The notes beneath the pieces were generated by a model. It made no database searches and was not told where the DNA came from. It saw only the letters and a list, made by a program, of their open reading frames with translations. Both the position numbers and the translations under genes were made by a program. This document shows positions 25,431 to 38,620 of a stretch of DNA of 64,000 nucleotides, piece after piece (positions within the stretch are counted from its first letter, which is position 1; each line of letters starts with the position of its first letter). Source of the stretch: Paramecium tetraurelia (taxonomy: Eukaryota); assembly GCA_000165425.1 (NCBI GenBank), contig CT868004.1, positions 124,001 to 188,000 of the forward strand, read 5' to 3'.

Positions 25431-27499
25431 TCCTTTTCAAATAAAAGTGCAATATAATCTTTCTATTATTATTAATTATTATCACTAATCTAGCGTTTTT
25501 TCATCTTCATTATTAAATTCAGTTGTGATTTTATCAAACTATTTGGTTTTATACCAAGTGGCTTTTGTATTTGTTAAGTTGTTGGAATAAATATGTTTTT
25601 ATAAATATATAGTTTTCAATCATTTTCATAAAATCATTAAAATCTCAATCAATTTTATTTATTAAACTTGGTATTATATTATCATTAAAAATATATTAAA
25701 AATCAGTGCCCAATAATTTTAATTGCCACACTCAAAATATCTTTTATTCCTTCAATTAGTAACATTTTAAATATTTCGAAAATCTAGAACAAAAATTAAA
25801 ATTCAGAATTTCAACTCTAATCTAAAGAAAATCCATTAAATGTATATCTAAAACTCTTTTGAATCATCACTCCTTAATTTCTCAATTGAAAATTTTTAAT
25901 TTTAGATGTTAATCTATATATATTAAATAATTTATGCTCTAGCTTCTACCTTTAATATATATTAATAATTAATAAAAGACAATTCTTAATTATTAAAAAT
26001 TTCTGATTCAAATTTGGAAGTTGAAGATAAAAATGATATTCAACTATTAATCATTATAATAATCTATAGGAAGTTCTTATTCGCCACCAGAATAATAAAA
26101 ATAAAACTTATTTATATTAATGTAAATATTTACTTGTTTTCATTACTAAATAAGGATAATGATGAACAACTTTATTAAATAAGTTTAATGAATAACAACA
26201 TATAAAAATAAAGAATCTTTCATTTTCTTTTTTTTTAGATTTTAATAAAATAGAATAATTGCTTTTATAAGGATGGGTATTTGTTATAGAAAGAGTAATA
26301 ATTATTAAGAATTTCATATACTAATGAATTATAAGTAATTAACTTTCAATAAAAACTAATATTTGATTAGATAGTTCTAATAATTTTCTCAAATTATGGG
26401 TAAAGAGATGTCAATTTATAATTTAGAAATTGAAAATTCTGAACAATTTGAGACCATCAAAAGAAAGCAGATACCAATAAAAGAATAGAATTTTATTATA
26501 ATTTAAATCTTAACAAATTATAGAGTTAGTTTTTTAGTATGATACTTCTTTATAATTAGCTTTTTAGTATTATAATTCTTATTAACAAGCAATTATTAAT
26601 AATAATCAAAACAGTTTTGATAAAGTATTAATATTATTAGCTTGAGTGAGTCATTTTAAATATGATTATAATTTAAGTTTAGAAAATATAGATTTATAAT
26701 GTAAATTACATTTTATGAAATCTTTAAGAGTATTATCTAAATATTGAACATTGAATTGTCGTTTAAAGTAAATTCTTGTCTCATTTAAAAATAATATTAA
26801 TTTTCTGTTATTAGAAGTAATTGATACATATCTTATTTGACAATTTGACATCGTTCTATAATCAAATTTCCTTTTCATTCTTCTTCAAAAAGTACTAAAA
26901 TTATAATCATTAAAGTTCCTTTTTGAATTTAACTATCTACTAATCTCATTGAAGAATATTTTGCTAATATCAATAATAAAGTTGCAATACAATTACTTGA
27001 AAAGGGTAATATAATAAATATGATTATTATTTTATTTCTCAAATTCAAAGTATTTGCAATTTTGAAGTAAAATATTTTCTCTAGAATTGATTAAATACAT
27101 AGTATTTATATATATGTGCATAGTTAAATTAGTTTATTATTGATACTTTAAAATATGATTATTTATATGCATTTAAGTAGTTATAATTAATTTTTATCAA
27201 ATTTAATATTTGATAAAATAATAGTTCAAAACCTAACAATTAATTAAAAAAGGACTAAATGGTAAAGAATAGCATAGTTTTATCTCAAAAAATAAGGATT
27301 AATTTCATATCTTTGATTTATAGAGATATTGCTAATTACATTTTTTGAATTAGAAAGGAAATACAAAAATTGTTCTGGAGATGAGTGGATAGGATGAAAA
27401 TTATGGATTTATAAATGTGTGTGAGTAAAATAAGAATTTGTAGTAGAAATCAAATTTGTTATCGTCTAAGATCTTGAAATTATATTTATATATTTATAA

Positions 27500-27975
27500 A
27501 TGTCTTATTAACAGAAGGGGTTGAATGCAATAAGATTGTCCCAGATCAATTAAACTATTTTAAGGGCTCGAAAGAGTTAAGAATACCCTCCTGAGTGGAG
27601 TTAGGATCATTAATCAAGGAATAATTCACTCAAATAGCATAGAGCTATCACTCAACATAATTCAATACTCATAATGGAAGAGGAGTTTTAAAAAATGAGA
27701 AGGCCATAAACTTCACAAGGAAGTAGAAGGAAAAAAATGACTGAACATCAAGTTAAACAAGGGATTCAAAACTCTAACACCAAATTTGAGATTTTAGAAT
27801 GCGAGAATGAGGATGATAAAGAGTATTAAATCATAAAATAAGTAGTGAATAAAAGTTGTAATTCAACTATCTTATAACATGTAATCCGAGCAACACAACA
27901 CGCAGCAATTAGAACATGGTTCAATTTTAAACAACACTTGATTAAGATTTTCTAAGTTTGTTCGCTATTGATTGA
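27500..27975 (+). CDS. Small hypothetical protein
   Basis: MSYQQKGLNAIRLSQ...; 23-nt intron; C-terminus TTLDQDFLSLFAID*. Confidence 0.65.
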
Positions 27976-28005
27976 ATAATTCACTTTTAATTTATATATA
28001 TATAA

Positions 28006-28665
28006 ATGGGTAATGGTGCATGTCACTAATAAGTTCCTTCTATTGACGAAGTAAATTTAGTAGCTAGAAACTTTAAATAATAATTCGAACCCTGCGATGG
28101 TTAATGTATGTTACCTCTTTTGAATTCTCAATCTCAAAGTCCCTCTAAACCATGCATCGAATCGAAGAACCCCACTATTGCTAGATTGGAGGAGGAAGAA
28201 TTCGAAATATTGATGACGAATGAGGATAAGCCAGATGAAGATTAATCACCTGTAAGGGAGAGCAAATTCACTAGAGCTCAATCTCCTTGTAAAATTATCA
28301 AATCGAAACGTCGTTACAAGTAGGAGGAGATTTAGTTTTTGTAATAGTTGAAGGACGATAAAAGCAAGATTGCTCGAAGAAAATCGACTGAGAAGTAACT
28401 AAGTCCTGTCAAAGTCATACATTCATGCCATCAAAAGAAGCATAACACAGCGTTATTAATACATAGTCCTGATTAGAGATCGAATTAGCTGATTAAGATG
28501 AACAGGTTATCTTGCTAACTTGACGAAGCTGTCATTTTATCACAAGAACCTAAATCCATTTTAAAATCAATTGGATCTGAAAAATCCATAACAAATTCAC
28601 AAAAAAGTAAAACCAACAGTCAAAAAAGAGTAAGATTTGGTCTTGTATATCGACAATACAAATGA
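28006..28665 (+). CDS. Hypothetical protein with N-myristoylation-type start and SILK/RVxF motifs
   Basis: Intronless 219 aa MGNGACHQQ...PKSILKS...QKRVRFGLVYRQYK*. Confidence 0.8.
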
Positions 28666-29084
28666 ACAGCACAATTTCAAACTCAAAAACTACTGTAATT
28701 TGAAATCTAATATTCATTATAAAATTCACTTTATAAATACCATTTCCATCAATGTTAATTAAGATACTTTGAATGAATATTACAACCAGAAAAACTAAAT
28801 TTAGAATATAAATTTATTAATTTTTCTTTCAAAAATTAATCAACTCTCTTCAAACACACACTAAATGAGCTTAAGTGGTAACTCACTCATATTTGGATAT
28901 ATCAAATCAGATTAGATTCCCATAAGATATAAGGCAAATTATATCCTAAAATAATGAGTACAACATATTAATTCGTTGATTTGAAAGATGAACGTGACTC
29001 AAAGAAAGTAGTACTATCAAAGAATGAATGGAAATATAAATAATAGATTGAAAATATTTATTAATAATCGTTATATTTTTAAAA

Positions 29085-30613
29085 ATGAATCAATTCTAGG
29101 ATGTATTCAATGAATTTTCACAATTACACAATCAGAAATACAATTTAGGGGAAATACTATCATTTTTGGATTCAAAATGTGCTAATGGTTATTTTGATAG
29201 AGATGTTTTTTAATAATTGATTGATTAAATCCCCTAAGCATAATCACAATAGTAATGCTCCATTAATTAGTTAATTAATGTCTTCAAGAAGGCATAGGAT
29301 GTTTTGAATGATAAAATAAGCAAAAGTTAGCAAATCATAGATTAGAAAAATATGTAAATTCATATTTGAATTATCATTAGTGAAATTAGAGCCTACAATG
29401 ATAAAATTAGGTAATCACAAACAAGCAGTGTTAATTCATCAAGCAAATTGAATGTCGAAATTCTTGATGCTGAGATTATGTATTAAGGAAATGGATAGTT
29501 GTAAGTAAGTTTGGAATGTATGTCATCGGTTGTTTATACATGTAAATTGTTATTTGATTATAGAGTTGGCAAAAAGACAATAACCAGTTTGGAATGAAAC
29601 CTTCGACTTGTATTTACTTAACTTTATGATTTAGTAATGTCAATGAGTAAGCAGTATTGAAATTTATTTTACTGGATACAGAATTGTAGCAGAAAAGGGG
29701 GAATGGAGGAGTTGCTTACATAGACATCAATACTTTTGGAGATTAAATGCTTCATGACTTTACTGTCAATTTGACAGATGAAAGCAATTCAATAGTAAGA
29801 GCCAAGTTGCATCTTAAAATCTAATGGATCTATTCGAAAGTAATTATAACTAAGATTGTAGAATAAATACTTGTAAGATTTAATTAATGAGAATATGATA
29901 TAAATCAATTAATTGGAATAAGAGATCAATGATCACATTGTAGATTTGGATATCATAAATTCCCCATTTAAACAGGCATTCAAATTCTAAAATAACCTGA
30001 CTATATCCACATATCAAACATAACCAAATTAGTAATAGCAATAGGCAAGTCCATTGTTAATTAGTGAGAATTAAATCGATAGATTAGTTTAGATTTCATT
30101 GTTATTAATTATTCTGTACTTAGTATTCGGATTGTTGAATAGTATGTATCGAACATTAAATTTTGATGTAAATAAGTGTGATTTATTATAGTTCTTAGTA
30201 ATTTTTTATTGCTTTTTGTTTTATTAGAAGAATTATAAGCTGCAATCCTTGCTTCACATTAAGATCATTATGGTCATGTTAGGTGTTGCTTTGTTGATGG
30301 ACATAATATGGCTTGCAATTTATAGTACAGTAAAAATCATAATAAGATGATAGCCTTATTTGGGAGAGTTTAATGCACATTTTGATCATTTTGAATATGG
30401 ATTGCAAAAATATCAAATAATATTGAGTTGGTTGCTGTTATTTGTGAAGGTACCCATAATTTTTATAAGTTGTAGATTGTTGTATTGATGTTCTATGTTC
30501 ATATATATGCTACATATCCAGATAAATCAACCTAAGTTTACGATTAGTAGTGGAATGCGATATTTGGATGGAGGGATGGAAAACAAATCAATGTCTACCG
30601 AAATTACAATTGA
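29085..30613 (+). CDS. C2-domain protein with C-terminal transmembrane helices
   Basis: LNVEILDAEI..QQPVWNETFD..GGVAYIDI..AKLHLKIQWIYSK (C2 domain), followed by several hydrophobic segments; multiple mini-introns. Confidence 0.8.
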
Positions 30614-30821
30614 TTATTATAATTATTTTCTAATTTTATTGCTCAATCAATAAATTGTATAAATTAGTTGAATAATGGCATTCAAACTTAGTCAATTAAT
30701 ATTCAAATAACTTAATGGTTAATAATATTAAATATATTAAAAAGGGTTATAAATGAAAATGTTGATGCGAATGATGAACAACAACATTAAATTATTATAA
30801 TTAAATTTTATTTCAGAAATA

Positions 30822-31828
30822 ATGAATAATTCATATGCTTATGATCCAAAATTTAGCTATCAAAAATCTGAATTTAATCCTTATATGGATCAATCCAGCA
30901 GTACATATGGGATTGCTCAGTCTTAAATACAATAAGGAAGCAATAGTAATAATTACAATTTATTTATATTGCAGTTCGCCAACATACATATTCCACTCAT
31001 GCCAGGAATTTATCCTAACCTCTACTCTCAAATCAATCATCCTAAAGAATTTAAGTTATTTAATAATCTATTCCTCAATCAATAAGATAACCTAATATTG
31101 TTAGAGCCTCTTCTCCTTTACCTTAACAAAAAGTGTATTACACATAGTCTGTCTAACCATTGTATAGACTGTATAATGAACCTATTCAAGTAATAGCTCA
31201 ACAACCACCACCTCAAGTTAACATTGGTATGTATATTTAGCAAAAATTAATAGTTCGTGAAATAGAAGAAGTGCCAATTATCCATGAAGTGCATCATGTA
31301 AATAGGCCAATAAACGTGATTTCAATGGATGAAATTGAAGGACCTTGGAGGAGTAAGTAGATCCTTTTGGAGAAACAATTAATTGAGTTGTAGTTGATGT
31401 TGAAACATGGACCTCAAAGGAAGGTTGAGACTAAACAAATCATTGTTGAAGACGAAGCTAGGATTAGAGAACTTGAATAATAAATTGAACAAAGGAAGAA
31501 CATTCTTAATGAGGATGAAGAGGAAATTTAACATTTAGAAAGTTTGGTCGATTAGGCTCAATATAACTTGGAGAATGCGGAAGAGTAGGCAAGCAGTTAA
31601 GTGGAAGAATAAAATAGGGAATTAGCAAAGTGGAAAAAGAAGTTTCAAGACTTGAATAAAAAGTATCATGACATTGAAGAAGATATAACAATGACAGAAG
31701 CTTAGATAGAGAGCATTCAGAAAAGAAAAATGATTACATAAACAAGTTCAACTACAAAAACAACTTCGAAAGTAAATTAGATGAGGGATAGTGGATTTAG
31801 AAGAAGTAGTGTTACAAAAAATTATTGA
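30822..31828 (+). CDS. Coiled-coil protein (possibly cytoskeletal)
   Basis: Q/P/V-rich N-terminus, then IVEDEARIRELEQQIEQ..ELAKWKKKFQDLNKKYHDIEE; two mini-introns; TGA 31826-31828. Confidence 0.8.
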
Positions 31829-31886
31829 CTTATTTAATTTTTGATTCTATTTTTAGCGAAAATCTTAGGATTATAATATTTAAATT

Positions 31887-32850
31887 TATAAGTTAAACAT
31901 TATTTTACTCTTTGGTCTTGTATAAAATTTAACAGCAGAAACATGTCCTGAGAGAGCAATCACATGAGAATCTTTTAGGAATCGATAACTATGTCAATAA
32001 GCTAAGGATAATAATCAAAACTCTATTTGTAAATGGGATTAGTAAAAATTTTAATGAATTACTTGTCATTACAGATCGTATGGATGTAAATGGGATGGGG
32101 CTAGTACAAATAATTATGATGTTAACAGCATGGAATCCTATGTAAATGGGTAAAGTGTAGACAGAAAGCATTTCAATTTTAAACTTAATCTAGATATTAA
32201 GATTTCTCAGAATATTTTTGTTAATCATTTGGAGGATGGTAAATGTGCATAAATTACAAAATGAGTAGATTTCTAGATTATAAAAGGAGTAGAAATAGCA
32301 GATTTAAGGAGAACTAATATTTAATTATTATATTTATTTAGATGTGTAATTATTGTGGATGGAGAGGTGTTATCAAATGAATCAATATCGGCTAGTAATT
32401 TTGAGTATGTTGTATAAGAATGAAAGCATAAAAAATAATAATATTAATGTACTTTTATTAATAGAGTGCAATGTTATTTTGGAGCAGAGTATTAAATTAA
32501 TATTTACAAGTGAATGTTCTTTTTGTTCATCTTATATACCTATAAATATTGTGCAGGAAATAGAGGATTGTGCTTTTGGGACCAAAATCAATATTAATTA
32601 CTCAGTAATTCTAATCTTAATATTTTACAGATGTTATCAATAAAAAAGTCCTGCTCTATGTAATATCAAGCGATAACAAGGAGAATGGAATATTCAAAAA
32701 TGAGATGCCAACTCAACTCTACATTAGAAAACCAACATTGTTATTCGGAATACCTTGAATAAATAGATCTAAGTTAAACCATCTAAATAACGTTTATTGT
32801 ATCCCTTATTCTAAAGGATGAATTTTCAATAATTATACATCATTGTGATA
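31887..32850 (+). pseudogene. Decayed tandem Cys-rich surface ('mini-antigen'-like) genes
   Basis: Signal-like KLNIILLFGLV lacking an ATG; CKWD, GCKWDG and LCFWDQ motifs; in-frame TGAs at 31965, 32055, 32262 and 32701, plus frameshifts. Confidence 0.55.
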
Positions 32851-32919
32851 TATAATTATAATGTATATTTCTAAATTAATAATTATTAATTAATTTATAT
32901 TAATCAATTCAGTGGCTGT

Positions 32920-33117
32920 TCATAGTTTTATAAAAGAATTTTTTTCACCATTTATTTATAGATGTATCTAGTATTATAAATGATTAGAATGCTTTTGGAA
33001 TTGCATTGAGGCCATTTTCTGTTTTTAAATTAATTTATTTTTAATAAATTTACTGGTATTTTTACTAATTCCTGTTGATAGAAAAAATAATATTTTAATA
33101 CCCTTATATTGAGACAT
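32920..33117 (-). CDS. Possible small protein (~55 aa)
   Basis: ATG 33117, one GT..AG mini-intron, MSQYKGISKNTSKFIKNKL...SFIKL*. Confidence 0.3.
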
Positions 33118-33157
33118 TTAGAAATATATTATATTGGTGAAAATAAAATGTTATTAT

Positions 33158-34122
33158 TCACTAAATCTCAAAATTTGAATAAAGTAACATTTCCTAAGCT
33201 GCCTGTTTTACTTTTTCTACATTTGAACGAGACCATGGTAATCTTTTAATATCAAATTCAAACTATATAATTATTTGATATGTAATTATACATTTTTTCC
33301 ATCTTGAATATGATTCATAATTTTATTGCAGAGAATGGCAATTTTTTTGTTAGAATCTTTTTGTATCTCCTATTCCAAAGAGTCTAAAATACTAAGAAGA
33401 TTTACTTAAGAATTCTTTGTAGTAAGTAACAAATGTTTTTGAAGAGAAAATTTATTTCAAAAAATCTGAATTCATTGTTTTATTTATGCTATTTTTTCTA
33501 AATGGCAGCATAATAATGGCTGAAGTTTCCTTCTCCACAATATTCATGAATATTCGTTGAGCGGATTTCAAATTTGTCTCTTCAAATATGATCATATTAA
33601 TTACTTGTTTTATCGTATTTCTCTTGAACTCTTTTGAATATAAATTTCAAAGCTTTACGTAAGCAATACTTAACTAGTTCTTCTCTACTCTTCTATTGAC
33701 ACTTCTATTTGTGGACCAACCCATCAAGCAGATTAAATAAAGTTGTCTAATTGCTATATTTTAGATTTGTTATTTTATCGAGAAAAGTTTCATCCTCGTT
33801 GACAATCATCATTATGTATCCTTATAGAGCTTCACTTTTGATTTACGGTACCACATCCTACTATTCTGCGATTGATCTTCTCGTGCCTTAAGCGGAGATT
33901 GGGTCTTCGTGATGACGTACTAATTATCATTTAGGAGGATGTGTTACCTTATTCAAAATTTTATGGAAGTTTCTGTTGATAATAGAGATATTAGACATAA
34001 GGCATCTATTGTGAGGTGTAGTAATTATTATAATAGGATTGTTGTAGATTCTAATATGCATTCCAGTAATTGATTGAGTATTGTGTATCAAAGTGGAGTT
34101 GATTGGGTAAAAACTGATGCAT
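33158..34122 (-). CDS. Uncharacterised ciliate-type family protein
   Basis: Q/Y-rich N-terminus; KSREELVKYCLRKALKFI, LPFRKNSINKTMNSDFLKQIF, KRLPWS; four mini-introns. Confidence 0.8.
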
Positions 34123-34508
34123 GTTTACAAATAATAGCAAAATTTATAATTAGTGATTAAAAAAAGATTTGCAATTTTAAAGTCACTTTATAATGCATTA
34201 ATGCGTATAATTAAATTTATCCAAGTTTAATTGTCTTCTTTAAATTGGATTACATGGCTAGGTAGAGCAAAATGATGATCCTTTTTAAGAAATTTGAATA
34301 AATCTAATTATATCAAAGAATATTCTTAAATATAATTAAATTACTGATGTTTTAAGAGTTCGTTTGAAGTTAAATAATTATACTTTCATACAGTTGTTAT
34401 TTTTTTTATGTAAACCCATCAAACATCATCTAATTAAACTCTTCTCTCTTTTTTCAAATTAACAGAATACAATAATACATAAAATTTCAATATTATAAAA
34501 AAGAAAAA

Positions 34509-35247
34509 ATGGATAATTCCCAAGATTTTAAGCTAAGTAGATTACTCGATTAAATTTCAATCATCAAAGGTGATTTAGAAAAGTTAAACGAATTCAATAC
34601 GTTTGTTCTCATGTGCAGAGAACTAACAAAGGTATTTGAGACTTATCACTAAGTTTAGATTTTTATGGAAATGGGTGGAATTTTAAAAAAGGCTTTTGAA
34701 GATATCACATCTAAATGTAGATTACTAGAGAGGAATTGGAATATGCATAAACATGGATCATTAATTGATTTTATATTATTTGAAAAATAGAAGGGTATCT
34801 GAGCTTCATTATTATAGACATTGCAAAATTGAATGGTTAGAACACTGAAAAGTTTGGATACAAAGAAGGAGATTTTTATTTCGATTACGAATCATCAGCC
34901 CGTACTCTATTAAGACTCATGTGGTTTTTCGACTTTATTTGCAATATGACCAACCAATTGATAACTGATTAAAAGAAAAGTTTCAGTTCCATCTGCTCAG
35001 AAGCATATAATGAAAGTCTTGCCCCTCATCATTCCTTCACTATTAGAACTGCTGTCAAAGCAGGTTTATACACTGTAGGAAGGTACAATATTATCAAATA
35101 CATAGTCGCGATAATTTCTATAAAGTAGTATTTAAAGAGAACGAAGACAAAGATGAAAAATTGGCACTATTACGAGATACACTTATGAAACTCAAAACAA
35201 GGCTATGGACATTATACAAGATTGAAAATTTGGATGATTTACCATGA
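34509..35247 (+). CDS. Glycolipid transfer protein (GLTP/ACD11/CPTP) family
   Basis: AFEDITSK; SSARTLLRLMWFFDF; EAYNESLAPHHSFTIRTAV; C-terminal LDDLP*. Confidence 0.92.
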
Positions 35248-35799
35248 TTATCATTATTATAATATTATGTAACACCTTTGGTTTTAATTTTCCATATCAT
35301 CTAAATCTCCATGCTGGTTTCATTTATATTTATTTATATACAGACTCCAATCCTCTTCAAAATTCTTTTAAGTTTTATACAAAATTAGAAAATGTAATAT
35401 ATTAAATAAATCCTTAGATTAATATTAATAATTATTTTTATATTTTTATTTCTTAATAATTGATTTATCTAAGTATTAACTTATTAATTTATATTTTAAC
35501 TGAAATGGTAACTTTAAACAGCATTCAACTTTAAACTAATGCATCTCTATTATATTTAACATTTAGTTTCCTAGAATAGTTATCAAAAATAATTTATCAT
35601 TTTTATATGATTAATTTAAACTAATTTTACTATTCAAAATCAAAATTTTTATCCTGATTAACTCTCTTAATATGCAAAACAAATTGTTACACCATTTCAT
35701 TTTACTAAATTTTCATTTGAATTGTGTTATAATACAATACATGTTTAAATCCATATTATAGATTACTCAGATAATCATTTAATAATAACTCATTAACCT

Positions 35800-36720
35800 C
35801 ATTTGACTAAATACCAAAAATTCTTCTAAAATGACCAAAGAATATTGGCAACTATAAAAATAAGATATATTGAAATAATTTCAGATTAGTATATTATTTT
35901 TTCAACAATCTATACATGTACAAATGTTATTTAATTCTAATCCTTCTCTGTTAATGATTGACTTATTTATCGTTGATTGTAAGCATCAATAGTTTTTTCG
36001 CAGTAGCTATTATTGATAGCTTCCTAATTTACAAGGAAAATAATGTTAGTAATTACATATAAAATAATAATAATAGTCAATTCATCAATTCCAAAAGTAT
36101 GATAATTAGAACTTGTATTGCAAACAAGATATTACCTATCTATTTAAATTTTCTGTGTTGTTGAGTAGATTGATTCTCTTGTTTTCTTTTGATCTCAGGA
36201 GTATAATAAATCTCATTGTCTTAATACCTTGTTTTTTTTGGAGTAAAGAATTAAAATTATTATGTTTCTTTTTCAAACTCCTCTTGTGTCTTAAAAGGGA
36301 TTATTTCCTTTTAGGTTTACCTAAAATCTGTTTCTGGAGAAGAAAATTATGAATTGAACTATTTATCTTAGGTATCCTACCTTTTGAGCAAATAGTGATT
36401 TTCTGAAATTTGCATTTGTCTTTAAAATTTAATAATCAAGCGGCATTACGCTCGTATTTTGCTTAAATAATAATTATTCTATAATAAAATAAATTATTTT
36501 AAATTTTAAATAATTTATTTAAAGACCTTATAACTTTTCCATTTATCTATCTATCTAATTTCTTGTAGAAATTAGTTACTTCTTAGGCATCGTTTATTCA
36601 ACCTGATTTGTAAATACATATTTAATTTATTTTAATGATTTATGATGGTGTTCTTGATGATTTATGTATCGAAGTAATTTAAATTGAATGATTCAGAATC
36701 TTGCCATTTAATCAAAATAT
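35800..36720 (-). other. Probable coding or decayed region, model unresolved
   Basis: Long TGA-free code-6 frames on the minus strand, but no consistent start or splice model found. Confidence 0.25.
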
Positions 36721-36772
36721 ATTATTCCTGATTTGATATTAATTAAAAAAATATATAATTTATTTTAAAGAA

Positions 36773-37365
36773 ATGTAGAGTAGAATGGCCAAGAGACTGC
36801 AAAAGGATTTAGAGCAGATGCAAAAGTCCTATGTAGATCAATTTAATGTGAGAATGCCCAATAATGATATTAAACATTGGATTGTAGCATTTGAAGGTGC
36901 AAAGGGAACTTTGTATCAAGGAGAGAAATTCGAGTAAATAATTTAAATAAATTAGATTGCAATTCAAGTTTTCAAACGAATATGTAGAAATACTTATACT
37001 TATTTAGCTCCTTTTTTCTTTGAAATTAGCCTATTGAATCTCCTGAAGTAATATAATTCTCAATAATTAGGTAATCTTTATTGGCAAACCTCCTGAGCAT
37101 GAACATATTTATTCCAATGGATTTATTTGCTTATCAATATTATTCGATGGTATTTCTGATCAATCATAATTTTAGAGTGGTCAGCCGCCCTCACTGTAAG
37201 TTCTGTTTGCTTGTCTATACAATCAATGCTATCAAGTGCAACAAAAAAGGTCTATTATAATTCTAATATCAGATGAAACCCCCTAATGATGCCGAATTTG
37301 TGAAAAGAGCAGCAGGAAGAGGACCCAAGAGCTTTCTTTGGAGTTATCATGATGAAAAATGTTGA
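36773..37365 (+). CDS. UBE2W: Ubiquitin-conjugating enzyme E2 W-like
   Basis: [85 protein letters not shown]; five introns. Confidence 0.93.
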
Positions 37366-37809
37366 AGGCGCTCTATAAATTAATATTGCACCATATAAAC
37401 ATATAAAATCATTCTAATACATTCTTATCCACCCAAGTCATTTCCCTTTCACATTTCAATTTATAATTGCATAAATATTTTGCTTTAATATATAAAATAC
37501 ATTTTATGTTAGCAAACGAATATAATAGCAAATAGCATATTAAATTTGATATTTAATATAAATGTTCAGAATCATAAAATTTATTAGACAGTAACGAATG
37601 TCGAGTTTAATGCCATACAATTATAATATATAATTTAATCAACGATTAAAAAACCTCTTTATAAATAATGTAAACTACTGCTCCCTCATTCTCTATTGAT
37701 ATTAGATATAAAAGAATAATAAATTCTTAATAAAATAATCCTAGATAAATATAATTCTGAAATAAAAATGACAGAGTATAATTCTTCATTCTCAATATAT
37801 AAATAACCA

Positions 37810-38620
37810 TCATTTTTATGTCCTACTCTCCTAACACTAAGTAGTTTATTTGTCAAGACGATAAATATTAAGAGCCTATTCAATCTCGGATTTAAAATCT
37901 TCTAAGCTCTTTTTCCTGGTATGACAAGAATTGGATGTTGAGGTATTGATACTTTAGTATTTTTCTAGACTTTCATTTTGAGTTTTATTTGATATTTCTG
38001 TTATTTGGCGAGTATGTAATTTTTCCATTAACATTTACTTCAATACTTTTACCTATATTATTGATATTATTACATCTTTTTTTAGATCTTCATTTATTCT
38101 TTTCTAATCCACTAACTAATTATTGATGGCTGAAATAAATAATTAAAATACTTTCAAGTCTTATGTCATATTACTTTTTTTAGGTTTCCATCATTTGGTT
38201 TGCTTTATTGAGTTCTAATAAAATTAAGTTAAAAATAGTACATTGCTTTAAATCTTTAATTTCTTCTATGTATAGTTTAAATATTTAGGCATGGGCAGCC
38301 TCTAAAACAATAGAATCTAATTTTTATTTATTTTCATTAACTAAATCTGAGATTGGGGTTTAATTAGGAAGAATCGACTTAGGATTTTCAGAATGACGTG
38401 GACTTATGATGGGAGATGTTTATTTTGAGAAATTTTGTTTTTCGACTTTGATTTGTTGTCTTAGAGAATTGATCTCATTCAGCAATTCAGGAGCCATATC
38501 AGCCTTATGCATTTTATAGAACTGATGGGAAAACTTAAGGAAATTTTTTTCAGCTTTTTTATTGACTTACTTGGAGACAGTGTATATTTTCATCATTTCT
38601 CGCAATTTCTATTCATTCAT
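37810..38620 (-). CDS. Coiled-coil hypothetical protein
   Basis: MNEQKLREMMKIYTVSK...; mini-introns; TGA at 37810. Confidence 0.65.

Noticed and set aside
28865..29088. Small ORF upstream of the C2 gene
   Set aside because: Needs an oversized intron to avoid an early TGA and has no recognisable motif
31965..32703. TGA read as Cys/Sec in Cys-rich genes
   Set aside because: Accompanied by frameshifts and a lost start codon; no SECIS noticed; TGA is the stop in all intact genes here
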